From: Ascoidea asiatica JCM 7603
Lineage: Eukaryota; Fungi; Ascomycota
Assembly: GCA_001600695.1 (NCBI GenBank)
Contig: BCKQ01000002.1
Coordinates: 1,674,334-1,738,333 of the forward strand
Length of the DNA: 64,000 bases
Reading direction: 5' to 3'
Shown: in pieces, positions 21,406 through 35,402 of the stretch
How positions within the stretch are numbered: the first letter of the stretch is position 1
Layout of the letters: every line of letters starts with the position of its first letter
Position numbers and translations under genes: made by a program
Notes under the pieces: model-generated
The model's input: only the letters and a program-made list of their open reading frames with translations
Databases searched by the model: none
What the model was told of the DNA's origin: nothing

Positions 21406-22005
21406 ATGGCTGGTGATGATGATTTAATTCCTGAAGATGCTCCAGGTTATATTGTTGGTGAAAAAAAGACTCTTGAAGAATATAATAAATTAGATGAAAA
21501 TGATGAATCTTTAGTTAAATGGAAAAAATCTTTAGGTTTAGATACAAGCGCTTTATTACCTGTTGATAAAAATGATAAAAGAAAAGTTGTAGTACAAGAA
21601 ATGGCTTTATTAGTTGATGGTAAAAATCCTGTAATTGTTGAATTAACAAATGAAAAAACTTTAAAATCTTTACCAAAAAATCCATTTAAAGTTGAAGAAA
21701 AATCAATTTATAAATTAAAAATTAAATTTAAAATACAAAATGAAATTGTAACTGGTATTAAATATTTACAAGGTATTAAAAAAGCTGGTATAACTTTAGA
21801 TAAATTAGAAGAACCTTTAGGTTCTTATGCTCCAAATACTGTTGATAAACCATTTTATGAAGTAATTTTACCAGAAATGGAAGCTCCTTCTGGAATGTTA
21901 GCAAGAGGTACTTATGCTGCTATTTCAAAATTCGTTGATGATGATAAAGTTGTTCATTTATTACTTAATTGGGCTGTTGAAATTGTTAAAGTTGGTAAAG
22001 CTTAA
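21406..22005 (+). CDS. RDI1: Rho GDP-dissociation inhibitor
   Basis: LDENDESLVKWKKSLG, LGSYAPNT, EAPSGMLARGTY, FVDDDK. Confidence 0.97.
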   Translation: MAGDDDLIPEDAPGYIVGEKKTLEEYNKLDENDESLVKWKKSLGLDTSALLPVDKNDKRKVVVQEMALLVDGKNPVIVELTNEKTLKSLPKNPFKVEEKSIYKLKIKFKIQNEIVTGIKYLQGIKKAGITLDKLEEPLGSYAPNTVDKPFYEVILPEMEAPSGMLARGTYAAISKFVDDDKVVHLLLNWAVEIVKVGKA

Positions 22006-22477
22006 AATTTTCTTCAATAATTAATTCAATAATTAATTCAATAATTATTCTATTCAAAATTTCTCTTCTTTTATTTAAACTATAAATAGTATTTAAAATG
22101 AAATGAAATGAAAAGAAGAAAAATAAAAATTTTTGAAAAAAAAAAAAAAAAAAAAAAATAATAATAATATATAGAAAAAAATTTATATCGCGCTATGTTC
22201 AGTATTTTTGTTATATCCAAGAAGTATTTTTTTTTGTTTTTTTTGTTTTTTGATTTTTCCTTTTCTTTTTTCTTTATTATTTATTTTTAATTTTTTGTTG
22301 TTTTTGTTGTTTTTATCATCTTTTTCTTTCTCATCACCATTCATTTTCATTATTTTATTTAATAAACATATTTTCATAATTAAAAAATTTCATATAATAA
22401 ATATCATCATTAAATAGCAATTTCATTTTTCTTCACAAAAATCAATCAAATAATAAAATAAAATAAAATAAAAAATT

Positions 22478-22513
<36 letters not shown>

Positions 22514-22685
22514 TCTATATATAATTATGTAAAAGTAAAAGTTTTAAAGTTATAAACAGTTAATAATAGGTTATCAAACATTGAGGTTTAATATATTAAA
22601 AAAAAAAAAAAAAAAAGGTGGAAATTTGAAGTATAATTGATAATAAAAAGAGGTATTTACATAAAATAAAAAAAAACTTTATTAA

Positions 22686-24178
22686 TTAATCAATTTCATC
22701 ATCAAGTGAAGATATTGAAATTAATTTTTCAATTGAAGCTAAATGTTTACCATATGAAGGTAATTTTTTTAAATATTGTTTAATTTTTTTAATTAAAATT
22801 TTCTTTTTTGTACCTTCACTAATTTCAACAAGAGTTTGAACAACATAATTTGCAAATTGATCTTTCATCATTAAAGCTAAAGCAGAATTATCTTCAACTT
22901 CTTTATCATCATCTTTTTCATTACCTTCAAGAACTTCATCTAAAACTCTATTTCTATTAATTTTAGAACCATAAACAATTGTTTTTTCAACAACATTTGA
23001 AGCAAATTTATGTTTTGAAAAATTTACAACATTTCCAAGAACAATTTCACACATTGCATTTTTATAAGAAGATTCACCATGTTGTAAAATATGTTGAATA
23101 ACATAATTACCATATTGATCTTGACTTAAAAAAAATGCATATTTTGAAATTTCATCCATAATAATTCTTTGATCATCTGCATTACCAAATTGAAGTAATC
23201 TTTGTATAACTCTACAACCATAAGGATTTGTTGAAAGATGATAAATATGTTTTTGTAAAATTTGTAAAATAAATCTAACTTTTTCAAAAGGTATTAATTC
23301 AATTGATCTTTGAACAACATGATTACCATTTTGATCTTTAACACAAATTAAAATATGATCTTTTAATTCATTAATAATTGAAATTCTTTGATTATTATTT
23401 ACAGCTTCAATTGCTTTTTGAACAACTCTACAACCATACATTTGTAAAGATAATTCATAAATTTTACCATTCATTTCTTCAAAAAGTACATTTTTTTGTA
23501 TATCAGAACCAAATTCAAAAAATTTTTGAATAACATAATTACCAAATACATCAGTCATTAATTCAAGAGAAATATCTCTAATTTCATTAAAAAAAACTTC
23601 TTTTTCAGCTTCTGGAGCAATTTCAAGTTGTTGTTGAATAAATCTTGAACCATGTTGATCTTTTGAAAATTCAATACCATGATTAAAAATATCTTTTAAA
23701 GTATATTCTTTATTTGATTTATTTGCTCTAAATTTTTCAAGTAATGGACTTCTATAAATATGGCCACCACCAGTACCATTTGATTTTCCAGAAGAACGTG
23801 GAGGTGGAGGAGATTTAGATTTAGATTTTGAATTTGAATTTGAATTTAAATTTGGGTTAAGATTATTTTGATCACGTTTACGATTACGCTTAGAATTCGA
23901 ACTTGAATTGGTAGGTGGAACTGTAGAAGATGAAGAAGATGATGAATTATTATTATTATTATTATTATTATTGTTATTGCTATTGTTAATAGGAATTTGA
24001 TTTGAAATATTTGATTGATTATCTAAAGATAAAGAAGGAGATTGTGGAATTAAAGAAGGAGGAGATAATGGAGATTGAATTTGATTTGGAGAAAATGGAA
24101 TTTGAGGTTGAAATAAATATGGATTAAAAGAAGGAAACATATATTGAAAAGCTCTTAAAGAATTTAAATCATTTGTAG

Positions 24179-24209
<31 letters not shown>

Positions 24210-24653
24210 TGTTGTTGTTGGAATTTCTAAATTTTTTTTATTTAAATTATTATTTTCCAGATTTGATTCTTTTTCATTGTTTATGGTATTATCATTATTC
24301 TTTGAAATTGAGTCATCTGATTTTTCAATAGAATTTTTAATATTTTCAGAATTTAAATTAGATTGTAGTTGTTGTTGTTGTTGTTGTTGAAGGTAACTAT
24401 TCATTTGCATAGGCATCATTTGCATTGGATAATTACCAAATGGAAAACCAAAAGGATTATACATTTGTTGATAAAGTGGTTGAGGTTGAGCTTGATTTTG
24501 ATTTTGAAGTTGAGATTGTAATTGAGATTGAAGTTGAGATTGAGATGGAAGTTGATTTTGATTTTGTTGAGAAGAGAATAATTGAGATTGAGAAAACATT
24601 GGAGTAAAAGTTTGAGCAGAAGCTGGATTCCACATTTGATTTGTTGAAGTATG

Positions 24654-24691
<38 letters not shown>

Positions 24692-25037
24692 CATTAGTTT
24701 GAGAGGAATTAGAATTATTAATAATATTACCATTTTGACTTAAAGTATCAGAAGTAAAAGATAAAGATCTTTGATTATTAGTTGCAGAACCTAAATTATT
24801 TAAATTTAAATTTGAATTATCAAGAGTTGAAAGTGAATGTACAGGAGAATTATAAAAATTATCAATTCTTTCAGAAAGAGATTGATTATTAGAACTATTA
24901 TTATCATTATTAATATTATTAATATTATTATTTGAATTTGAATTTAAATTTAGATTTAAAGAAGTTGAACCTTTTGCAGAAATTGGAGAATTAGATAATA
25001 ATAATGAATTTGAATCTCTTGATAAAAATGGAGAATG

Positions 25038-25076
<39 letters not shown>

Positions 25077-25790
25077 GATACTATTATTAATACTATTATT
25101 ATTATTATTATTAATATTATTTTGATCATGAAAACTTGTTCTTCTTGAAGATATACCAGATTTTATATTATTTGCACCAATTGATAATTTATTTAAATTA
25201 TTTAAATTACCTAATAATTCAACTTCTTTTGTTGCTTCAGCTACAGAAGAAAATTTTTCTAAAAATTTAGCAGGATTTGAAACAGTTGTTGGAAACCCAC
25301 CAGAAACAGAAGCTGCACCAAATATTTTTGATTGAGTTCTTGAATTATTAAAAGTTCCTAAAGGTGCAGAAATTGCAGATAAAGTACCTTTTGTAAAACC
25401 AAATTGATTATTACCAAAAATATCACTATCAACATCACTACCATTAATACTACCACCAGTTACAGAATTTGGTTTTGAGAAAAATCCAGAAGATAAATTA
25501 TTTGAAGAATGATTAAGACTTGAAATATTAAAATTTGAAACAGAATTTATAATATTACTATCTATTTGTCTATCCATTTGTTTTAAAGCATTTTGAAATT
25601 CATTTGTGGTAGTTGAATTAGTACTATTGTTGTTATTATTATTGTTATTTGGAGTAGAGGAAGAAGTATTAAATGGACTCCATGGATTTGAACCTAAGCT
25701 CATACCCATAGGCATAGACATAGGCATAGACATATTAACAGGAACAGATACAGGAGGAGAAGTTAAAGTTGTATTATTATCATCTAACAT
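22686..25790 (-). CDS. PUF3: Pumilio-family RNA-binding protein Puf3
   Basis: RSPLLE lead-in, then PUF repeats FSKDQHGSRFIQQ, DVFGNYVIQK, QMYGCRVVQK, DQNGNHVVQR, YGCRVIQR, DQYGNYVIQH, HKFASNVVEK, DQFANYVVQ; N-terminal KFLEKFSSVAEATKE. Confidence 0.93.
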
Positions 25791-26039
25791 CTTTTAAATT
25801 AAATTTAATTTAGTTTATTTAACAAGAAAAGAATTTTATAATTAATTACAAGCAATAGAGATAGATAAAAGAAATACAAGAGAAATAGAAGAAAAAAAAG
25901 ATACAGGAAGAGAGAGAAAAAGATTATATACACGAAATCTGGACTAACTATAGATATAAAACGAGCTGTAAGGGCCTTTGAAGGGAAGATTGTGATGATA
26001 TGAGATGAAGTTGGATCTTTGCAGGAAGTTCAGATGACA

Positions 26040-26101
26040 AAGAAGAAGAAGAAGAAGAAGAAGAAGAAGAAGAAGAAGAAGAAGAAGAAGAAGAAGAAGA
26101 A
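26040..26101. repeat. (AAG)~20 microsatellite upstream of PUF3
   Basis: Perfect trinucleotide run. Confidence 0.95.
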
Positions 26102-26647
26102 ACTCAGGATTCTGAATCAGAGGCATGTTTTATCCACTTCGATCACGCGCTGTGGGAAAGAGTTTGAATTTGAATTTTCTTGCGGTTGCCCGTGCACACA
26201 ATCCAGAAACAGACACGGATCAAACACCAGAGCCAGCGGAAACGGACGGATGTGTGTCATGTGACTATGGATCCAACTTCTTCCGACTGTTTTCCTTCCG
26301 AAGCTTCCGGTTCCGATGGTCACGTTTTGGAAGTTTAAAGAACTACCGCAGTTCTGGCTACAGATCATCTATTTTGAATATAATCATTTTTTCATATCAG
26401 AGATAGATACTGTAGATACCAGTGAAATTTAATCCTTTTTTTTTTATTTTATTATCTAGTTTTCCTATGTAATTTTAACATGTAATTTTAACATGTAATT
26501 TTCTTTTCTAAAAATTTAATATCATATTACAATATCAAATCTTAAAACTATTCACAAATAAACTAAAAATATCCATAACCATACCCATGAAAATGAAAAA
26601 AAAAAAAAAAAAAACAGGATAAAACCAAATTCTCATTATTTGTAAAT

Positions 26648-29600
26648 TTATGGTATTGAAAACAAACTAAAATTAAATTCTGAATTTCTTTTATTATTAT
26701 TATTATTATCTTGATCTGAAATATTTAAATTTATATTTAAATTATTTTGTTGTGAATTTGAAATTGAATTGGAATTTGGATTAGAATTAGAATTAGAATT
26801 AGAATTTAAATTTGAATTTAAATTATGTAAATTTTGTGAAATAATTTTTTTCTTTAAATTTATCATATATTCAAATCTTTTATTCCAATTTGATATAAAT
26901 GATGTATTTTCTCTCCAAATTGATGAAAAATCTGTTGCATTTAAACATAAATTTCTTATAAATCCTCCAAGATTTTTCTTTGATACTATTTTATAATCAC
27001 ATGCTGAAAATAATCTAGGTATACTTTTATCTGCAAATATTATTTCAACTTTAAAAAATTTCTCATTTTCTTTTTTATTTTTTTCTTCTTCATCATGATC
27101 TTCATTAATGCCCGCATTAATTTCTTTATCATTATCATTACCATTATCATTACCATTATCATTATCTTCATCAAATTCTTCATCTATTTTATTTATTGAA
27201 TTTTTATTAAATCCAATTTGTAATAAATCAATTGGTGTTATAATAACATTAACTGTATTAAATGCTCCAAAATTTAAATTAAATTTTAATCCGCTTTCAT
27301 TAAAATATATATTAACAAAACAATTTCCAATATGTCTTTTTTTATAATTTCTTTGAATATCTTCTTTATAATTTGGCATTAATGTAGTAATTAAAAACAT
27401 AACTTGAGTAATTTTATCTGTCCAAATATATGAATATTTACCATCTTCATCTTCACTACAATCTAATCCTCCATTATAAAATTCTTTATTATTTTTTAAC
27501 CTTATAATCTTACCAATATCATTTAAAAATTCTTCATAATCTTTTGATCCATTTAAATTTGTTAATATTTCTTCTTTATTATTTTGTCCAGGTGATATAT
27601 ATATAATTCCAAATTTAAAATAATCAACAACTAAAATTTTATCTAAATTAGTTTTAATTCCTCTTAAATAATTTTCTGGTACTGGAATTGGTCTAGTTTC
27701 TATATTTTTAAAATTAAAATTATCTGAATTTAAAAATTGTAAAAAAATAAAATTTGGATTAATATTTAATCCTTCTTTACTATTAAAATTATTCATATAA
27801 TTATCCATATAATCTTCCATATTATTCTTATACATTTCAATTTTATATTTTATTATTCCAGATGGTCTTCTAATAATTATTATTGAAATTCTAGTTTTTT
27901 GATTGCAATGAATTGAAATTATACTATTATTATAAATCCATGTACCTGATTTATAATCTTTATCTTTTAAAATTTCTTCATCATTTAAATTTACCGTTAA
28001 TGGAAAATTAGAATATGAAAATCTTTTTAATAAATCTAAACAAACAAATGCTTGACTTTTACTTAAATTAAATCTATTACTACCATCTTCATTTTTTAAA
28101 TTTAATGAAAGTTTAGATATTATATATGAAACTAATTTACTTCTCATATCTAAATTTGCTGCTAAAAACCATGTAATTATAACATCATATGATAATGCAA
28201 TAAGATAATCAGAAATTTTATTTTCTTGAATATAATTTAATGACCTTAATGAAGAATTTTGTTTTCCAATCAATTTATGTTTATAATTATTATTTAAATT
28301 ATTACTTTGATGTAATTGAATATCTTGAGAATGTTTATCTTGTGATGATTGAATATAAGTAAATGCTGTTGCAAATATTGAAACATAATCTTCATAATTG
28401 AAATTTGATGTTAATGATGGTAAATGAACTAATGAAAGTAAAAATTCAAGAATATCTGCTGCATAATTACGATTAGATACTAATGTTTGTAATTTGGTTA
28501 TTATTGGTTTTAATGATCTTTTTAATGCTTCTGGATATTCATAACAACATAATGTTAAACATTGTATACAACTTTTTCCTGCATCCATATGAAGAAAATC
28601 TAAACCTTTTAAAAGTGATAAAACAATTAAATTTCTATTTTCAATTGTGAAAAATTTTTTATATGGTACTAATGAAAATAAAACTTTTATATAACATTTA
28701 TGAATAATTTTTTTAGTATTTGTATTCATTGTTATACCTGTGGAAATTTTTGAATAAATACAATCACAAATTGTTAACATTAAATTTTCTATATTTTCTT
28801 TAGAATTTTTAAATAATGTTACATTATAAATTTGACAATCTAATAATGACCAAATATATTCATAAATTTCTAAATGAAGTCCTTTTATAATTATGATTCT
28901 TGAAATTATAAGAATATGATCAGTGTTTAAATATTCAAATTCTTCTGTAGGAAATGATTTAACTTTTGAGGAAGGTATATCAAAAAAATTGGAATTATTA
29001 TTATCAAATTGAATATAATTATCCTCATTTTTTTCTGAAAATGGATCAATTTCTAAATTAGATGTACTTCCTTTAAAATATATAAAACCTTCATTTGTTG
29101 CTCTTATTCTAAGTAAACATGATAATATGGAATGTAAAATTTCTATAAGTTTATTTCTATACTTAAGTAATGAAAAACTTGAACCTTTTAAAGAATCAAT
29201 CTGATTTAACTTTATTAAACAATAATGTGCAATTCTAATTAAGTTATTATATACAACAACACATTTATTTCCATCAGTTTGTAAAAAACCAACAAAATGT
29301 TTTATTAATCCTTTAACTATTGTTGAAAAAAGACTATTATCTATAAGGGAGGTTATTAACAGAATTTTTTTATCCTCTTTATCAACATCATCTACTTTGA
29401 AAGATGAATAAAATTTGTTATTATCATTAATAGTTTTAGATAAAACAGGAACATTTGATGGTAAATATGATATTTCATTATCATTTTGTCCACTTGTTTG
29501 ATAAATAATGTTCATTGATAACTGAGATAAATCATCCAAAGAAATACATTGAAATTCTTTTAAAATAATATTTGAACAAAATTCATTAAATAATTCTGGT

Positions 29601-31779
29601 GATAATTTATTGAAAACATGAAATAAATATTTTATTAGAATAATTATAACTGAATCAGAATATCTTTCATCATTTTCTGGCTCTGATATTAAATAACATG
29701 GAATAGGATTACTTTCATCATCATCAATTAATAAATTATTTTCAATCCCAAAAATATTTTTAGCTAGTTTTAAAATAGTTTTATCTTCTGCTTCAATTGT
29801 TGTGGCTGTATCAAAATATTTTTTGAATAATTTTAAAATTTTTAACTTAAGATCCTGATATGATTCTTTGGAAAAATTTAATTCACTTGAAATTTTTGTA
29901 AAATACTTCAAATTAAAAATCTTATTCAAAAATGTTAATTCATTCCAATTGAAATTTAAAATATCAATAATTGATGATGTTTTAAAATAGTTTAAAATTA
30001 TATTACAATTACCAAAACTTAAATATTGATAATTTTTTATTAAGAAATTTATAAAATTTGAATCATATTTATCCACAATTTTTCTTTCTAAAATTATTTC
30101 TATTATTGAATGTAAGAATTCTAGTAAAGTAAATTCTTTATCAAAACTTGAATCAGTAAAAATGATTAAATCCAATTTTTTTTTATCGAAATCTGTTTTT
30201 AATTCAGGATTAAGAGTAAGTGTATAGTTCATATTACTTAAAACATGAAATATTGATTTATTAGAACTAGAATTAAAAGTTGAATCAGAATTTTTTCTTA
30301 AATTTGAATCTAAAGTTGAAGTTGATAGATAATCATTGACACCATTATTAGAATCAATAAAACACCAAAATGGATAAGTAAATAAATGTGATAAATTCTG
30401 ATTTTCTAATATTTTTTTAATAAATGAGATTATTTCTAAAGATATTATTAAATCATTTGGATGATTAATTAAAGCAATATTTAATGCATTAAATAAATCA
30501 GATAAATATACTTTTAAAATATCTTCATCATTTTCATATAAATCATTGCTTGAATTTTTAATATTGTTAAAACTTCTTTTACGAATATTATTATTTAAAA
30601 TATTAAGATCACTATTTTTATAATAAGTTTGAAAAAATTTTGTTAATAAATAAATCGAACCAATTATTGAATTAAAAAAATTTAATGTATTTGTAATTTT
30701 ATTAAAATTTGTAGATAATATATTATCCAAATTACTTGAAGAATGACGTAAAGAAGTTGAATGAAAATGAGATAAACTTTTATTAAAAGAATAATCTCTT
30801 TTAATTGATTGAGGTTGAGATTTTGATTTAGAATTAAAATTGGATTTATATCGAGGAATTAATTTATTAAATTGATTATTAAATACAAATTTTGTATCAT
30901 TATTACCATTTAAAGTATTAATTAAAGAATCTAAAATTAAGAATTTTTTTTGATTAGTATTAGCAAAAGAAGATAAAATATTCCAAATAAGATTATCAAA
31001 ATTAATTAATTGAATTTTAATAATTGAATATGAAGAAAGATATTTTATTAATAAAGGTAATAAATCAAAAGGTAAATAATTTTTTTCAGATAAAATTTGA
31101 ATAATTATTAAAGTTTTTTGAAAAATTTTTTGACTATTTGTAATTGAAGATAAAAATAAAATTTTTAATAAAATTTTTTTAATAAATATTAAACTAAAAT
31201 CATAATTTGAAATTGAATTTGAAAGAAATTCTAAAAAATTTATTAATAATTGTTCATTTTTTTCTAATAAAAGTTCTTCATTTAATAAAACTTGATTAAT
31301 AAGTTTAGTAAAAGTTATAAAATTTTTTTTATTAGAATTTATTGATTTTTTTTCTTTTTTCGAAATATCATTATCATTGTTATTATCGTTATCGTTATTA
31401 TTGATGTCATCAAAGTCATCATTGTCATCATCATCATAATCATTATCTTTATCTAAGTTAATGAAATCTTTAGTATGTAAATGATTATTAATATCATATA
31501 TTGAAACACTAGTACTTTTACTATAACTTTTTTCATTATTTTTTATATATGATTCCATATAAGGAATCAATGGGACTGATTTATCAATTGAGTGAATTGA
31601 AGATGTTTCATTGTTGTTTTCATTATTATTTTCATTACTATTATTAATATCATTATCATTTATAGAATTATTATCTTTATTAATGTCATTATTATCTTTA
31701 TTGACAGATAAATTTCTCATTAAATTATTTAAAATGAAATTATTATTATTTGAATTTGAAGAATTATTTAAACTATGAA

Positions 31780-31820
<41 letters not shown>

Positions 31821-32509
31821 GTAGTGTTAGTAGTATTAGTATTATTAGTGTTATTAGGGGTATTATTATTTGAAAGATAAAAAGAAATTGAATATAATTC
31901 AGTATAAGTACCATTTGAAGTTAATAAAATTAAAGCATTTAAGAATTTTTCAAAATTTGGATCTAAAATTTTTTTATTATCATAATCAATTAAAATATTT
32001 GATAAAATTGATTTATAATAAATTGATTTTATACAAATATCATTTAAATCATCAGATTCAATACATTGAATTAAAAGATCAAGAATTGAATTTCTTAAGA
32101 AATTTTTAGAATCATTTAAATTTGAATGATCAAATAATTTTGAAACTGATAACCAAGTATGAGTTATAGAAGTTATTGATCTATTTTGAATTGCAGTAGT
32201 TATACTTAAAATTGAAGCTTTTTTTTGTTCTTGATTACCTTGTTTTAAAGCATTTAATAATTCAAATTGATCAATTGAACCTCCAACAAAAGGTGGAAGT
32301 TGTAATTGTAATTGTTTTGATTGAACTTTTGTAGAAGCAAATGATCTTGAAAAGAGTTTATTAAGGAATGAATTTGAAGTACTACTACTACTACTACTAC
32401 TATTATTATTATTGTTATTGTTATTATTATGGTTACTCTTAGTATTCTTATTCTTATTCTTATTTGAAGGATTATAACCAACTGAACTTAAAGGGGATAT
32501 TGGAGGCAT
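26648..32509 (-). CDS. TSC2: Tuberin (Tsc2), Rheb GAP
   Basis: C-terminal Rap/Ran-GAP domain (KFGIIYISPGQ, FYNGGLD, WTDKITQVMF..TTLMP, KKRHIGN.FVNI.FNES) and tuberin region (CIQCLTLCCYE, ILEFLLSLVHLP, IIRRPSG); 1953 aa. Confidence 0.9.
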
Positions 32510-33466
32510 TATTTCAAAAGCAAAAATAAATAAAAAATTGAAGGGTATAGAAAAGAAGGAAATAGCATTAATAGATTAATAGATTAATATTCACAAGATA
32601 TCCATTAGTAGATTTTTAAAGCTATATATGTCTGAAATATTTTTCCAGTAAATGAATTCTTGAAGTAGATTTACTATTCTATTTATATTATATTATTAAA
32701 TTATGATTTATTTTTTATGAATATGATTTATTATTAATATTTTATTATTTAAATCAATTAATTATTTAAATATTTAAATATATAATTATTTAGTTATTTA
32801 GTTATTATTTAATTATTTCAGTCTGCGAGTATCACACTCGTATCACCAATTCACACTCTAGAGCTGGGAGCAAGTTCAGGTGCCTGAGATATGTTCGTGG
32901 AGCGTTATTGAAATACCCATGAAATAGCCAACTTTATTGAAACCAGAGCCAAACTAAAAAAAAGTCAGGTGCCGGACTGCGGAAACACCAAGGAAAAGAC
33001 ATAGCCCGGAAACTTTAAAAAAAAAAAAGAACTACCGTTTCCCTGGTCTCGTTATAAGAAGATCCAATATTATGGTCTCAGTGTAGAGATTCCCTTCAAC
33101 TGGTCTCAAATTAAAAATACCCACAAATTTGGTTTCATTTAACAGTTCCCACAAAACTGGACACAATCTTCAAAAAATATTCAAATATCACGTGCGATAT
33201 TTATAAAACCATAATTGAAAACGCGGTGAAAAGAAACGAGCTTGTTTATTGGTGGATGAAAAGAAAATTTGATATTTCACCGGTTCAAGTTCTTGTTGCC
33301 AGTTTGAGTATTTCAGTGATCAGAACAATCATCAGAGGAAGTAAGCAAAGCATACAAGAAAGACAAGAAAGTCAAGAAAGACATTTTGATCAAGAAGTTA
33401 AAGAAGAGATTGAATCAGAACCAAATATATCAGATACAATCCATTTATCAATTCTCTTTCCAAGAC

Positions 33467-34996
33467 ATGTTATCCAAAAACCTTTCTTCAACAGCCAGAT
33501 CTGTCAAATCTCTTCGAGTTATATCAAGATCTTTTGCTACTGAACCTCCATCTGATTCAAAACCTTCATCAAATTTTTCTAATGACTTCTTAGATAAAAT
33601 ATTAAGCAGAGTTTCAAAGACATCTTCAAATTCTGCAAATAATGCAAAAGATTATAAAAAAAAACCTAGAACTTCATATACAGAAAATGCTTTAAAAGCA
33701 GGTAACAAAGGATATAATAACAATTTTGAAAAACCAAGACAATATAATAATAGATTTAACAATAGAAATAATAGTAAAAATGGTTCTGATAATCAAGATA
33801 CTCAATCCAGACAAAATAAACCAGATAGATCTAATTATTTCTCTAATGATAATTCTCAAAACCCATCAAGAAATTTTCCTAGAAAATCTTTTATAAATAA
33901 TAGTAATAATAATAACAATAAAAATAATTTCAGATTTAATAATAAAAATGATGCCAATAGTGGTAATACTCCTAATAACTATAATAATAGAAATAATTTC
34001 AATAAACCTATAAGAAATAACAATATGAAAAAGTTATCTAATTTAGGTTCAACCAATATTACTGACTTAATGGATCAAGCTGCAACTGTAAATACATTTC
34101 AGAAAAAGAATTTAAAATTAAACTCCAATCCAAATAATCTTAATTCAAAATCTCCAAGATTTTCTCGTTCTTCAACTTTTGGTAATAATAGTCAAAGATT
34201 CAATCAAAGAAATGGTTCATTCAATAATAATACAAATAATACAAATAACCCTAATAATACCAATAATAATAATAATAATAATTTCAGAAGATCAAAACCA
34301 AAACCAAAATCTTTAAATAATGCAGGTTCAAAACAATATAAAAATGATCAAAGTCAAATTGAAATTGATTTACCAAATTATACTCCTAAAATTTATAATC
34401 CAAATTCTGATTTAATTAATCCAAAAAATTTAATTTCTTATAATCCTTTAATTCCATTTAATTCTGATAATAGAATTTTAAAATCTGTAATTTCAATAAT
34501 TGAAAAAAAAAATTATTCAATTCCACTTATTCTTGATCAATCAAATAATTCTCAAGCTTTTAAAGAATTTAATACAATTTTTTTATCAAAAAATATTGAT
34601 TTAAATTTATCAAAAAAATTTCCAAATAAATTACCTCCTCCTTCTTTACATTCTTTTAATGTTGATAGTCATTCAAATATATCTCCAATTAAATCAATTC
34701 AAAATCTTTCTTCTTCATTTTTAAATAAAAATCAAAATAATAAAAATACCTTTAATTCAATTGTTAAAGGTGATTATGAAAATAGCTTAATTAATAATGA
34801 TTTTAATAATAATAATATTATTGATCAAAAATTAAAATCAAATAATGATATCAAAGGAGATTTAAAATTCAATCATAATACTGTTAAATTAGCTTTAAAT
34901 AATAATCCTTATATTAATTCAGATATTAAAAATTTAGTATTTGGTTCTTTAGTTGGTACTGAAAATGTTTCAACTTTAAAAAAATTAATTCAATGA
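33467..34996 (+). CDS. RSM28: Mitochondrial small-subunit ribosomal protein mS46
   Basis: ATG at 33467 gives a presequence (MLSKNLSSTARSVKSLRVISRSFA). DFLDKILSR, NLISYNP..NRIL..KKNY and the C-terminal VKGDY...VKLAL...LVFGSLVG parallel Rsm28 as recalled. A Puf3 site follows the stop. The ORF track uses an upstream TTG. Confidence 0.75.
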   Translation: MLSKNLSSTARSVKSLRVISRSFATEPPSDSKPSSNFSNDFLDKILSRVSKTSSNSANNAKDYKKKPRTSYTENALKAGNKGYNNNFEKPRQYNNRFNNRNNSKNGSDNQDTQSRQNKPDRSNYFSNDNSQNPSRNFPRKSFINNSNNNNNKNNFRFNNKNDANSGNTPNNYNNRNNFNKPIRNNNMKKLSNLGSTNITDLMDQAATVNTFQKKNLKLNSNPNNLNSKSPRFSRSSTFGNNSQRFNQRNGSFNNNTNNTNNPNNTNNNNNNNFRRSKPKPKSLNNAGSKQYKNDQSQIEIDLPNYTPKIYNPNSDLINPKNLISYNPLIPFNSDNRILKSVISIIEKKNYSIPLILDQSNNSQAFKEFNTIFLSKNIDLNLSKKFPNKLPPPSLHSFNVDSHSNISPIKSIQNLSSSFLNKNQNNKNTFNSIVKGDYENSLINNDFNNNNIIDQKLKSNNDIKGDLKFNHNTVKLALNNNPYINSDIKNLVFGSLVGTENVSTLKKLIQ

Positions 34997-35008
34997 TTGT
35001 AAGGTGAA

Positions 35009-35018
35009 CTTGTAAATA
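35009..35018 (+). promoter_or_regulatory. Puf3 element CTTGTAAATA in the RSM28 3'UTR
   Basis: Exact CxUGUAAAUA, 12 nt after the stop. Confidence 0.8.
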
Positions 35019-35402
35019 TGTATCAAGAACTGAAAATATACGTTTATATATACATATATATATATATATACATATATAAGTTTATATAAATACAATTTAA
35101 AAAATAAAGTTAAACTATCTAATATTATAAAAAATTCAAAAAAAATAAATAAAAATTTTAAAACTGAAAAAAAAAATACTAACACAAATTTAGTATAAGA
35201 AAAATATAATATTTTGAAGAAATTGAAAAACTGAATTCAGAAAACAATCGTTAATATAATTCAAAGGTCATTTATAAACATTCGTTTTCTCACAAAGAAA
35301 TAATAAAAAAAAAATATGATCACCAAAATTGAAAAAATGAAAAAAAGAATGAAGAAAAAAATTTTTACAGATTATTGTGTTTAAATTATGATAAAATTCA
35401 TT

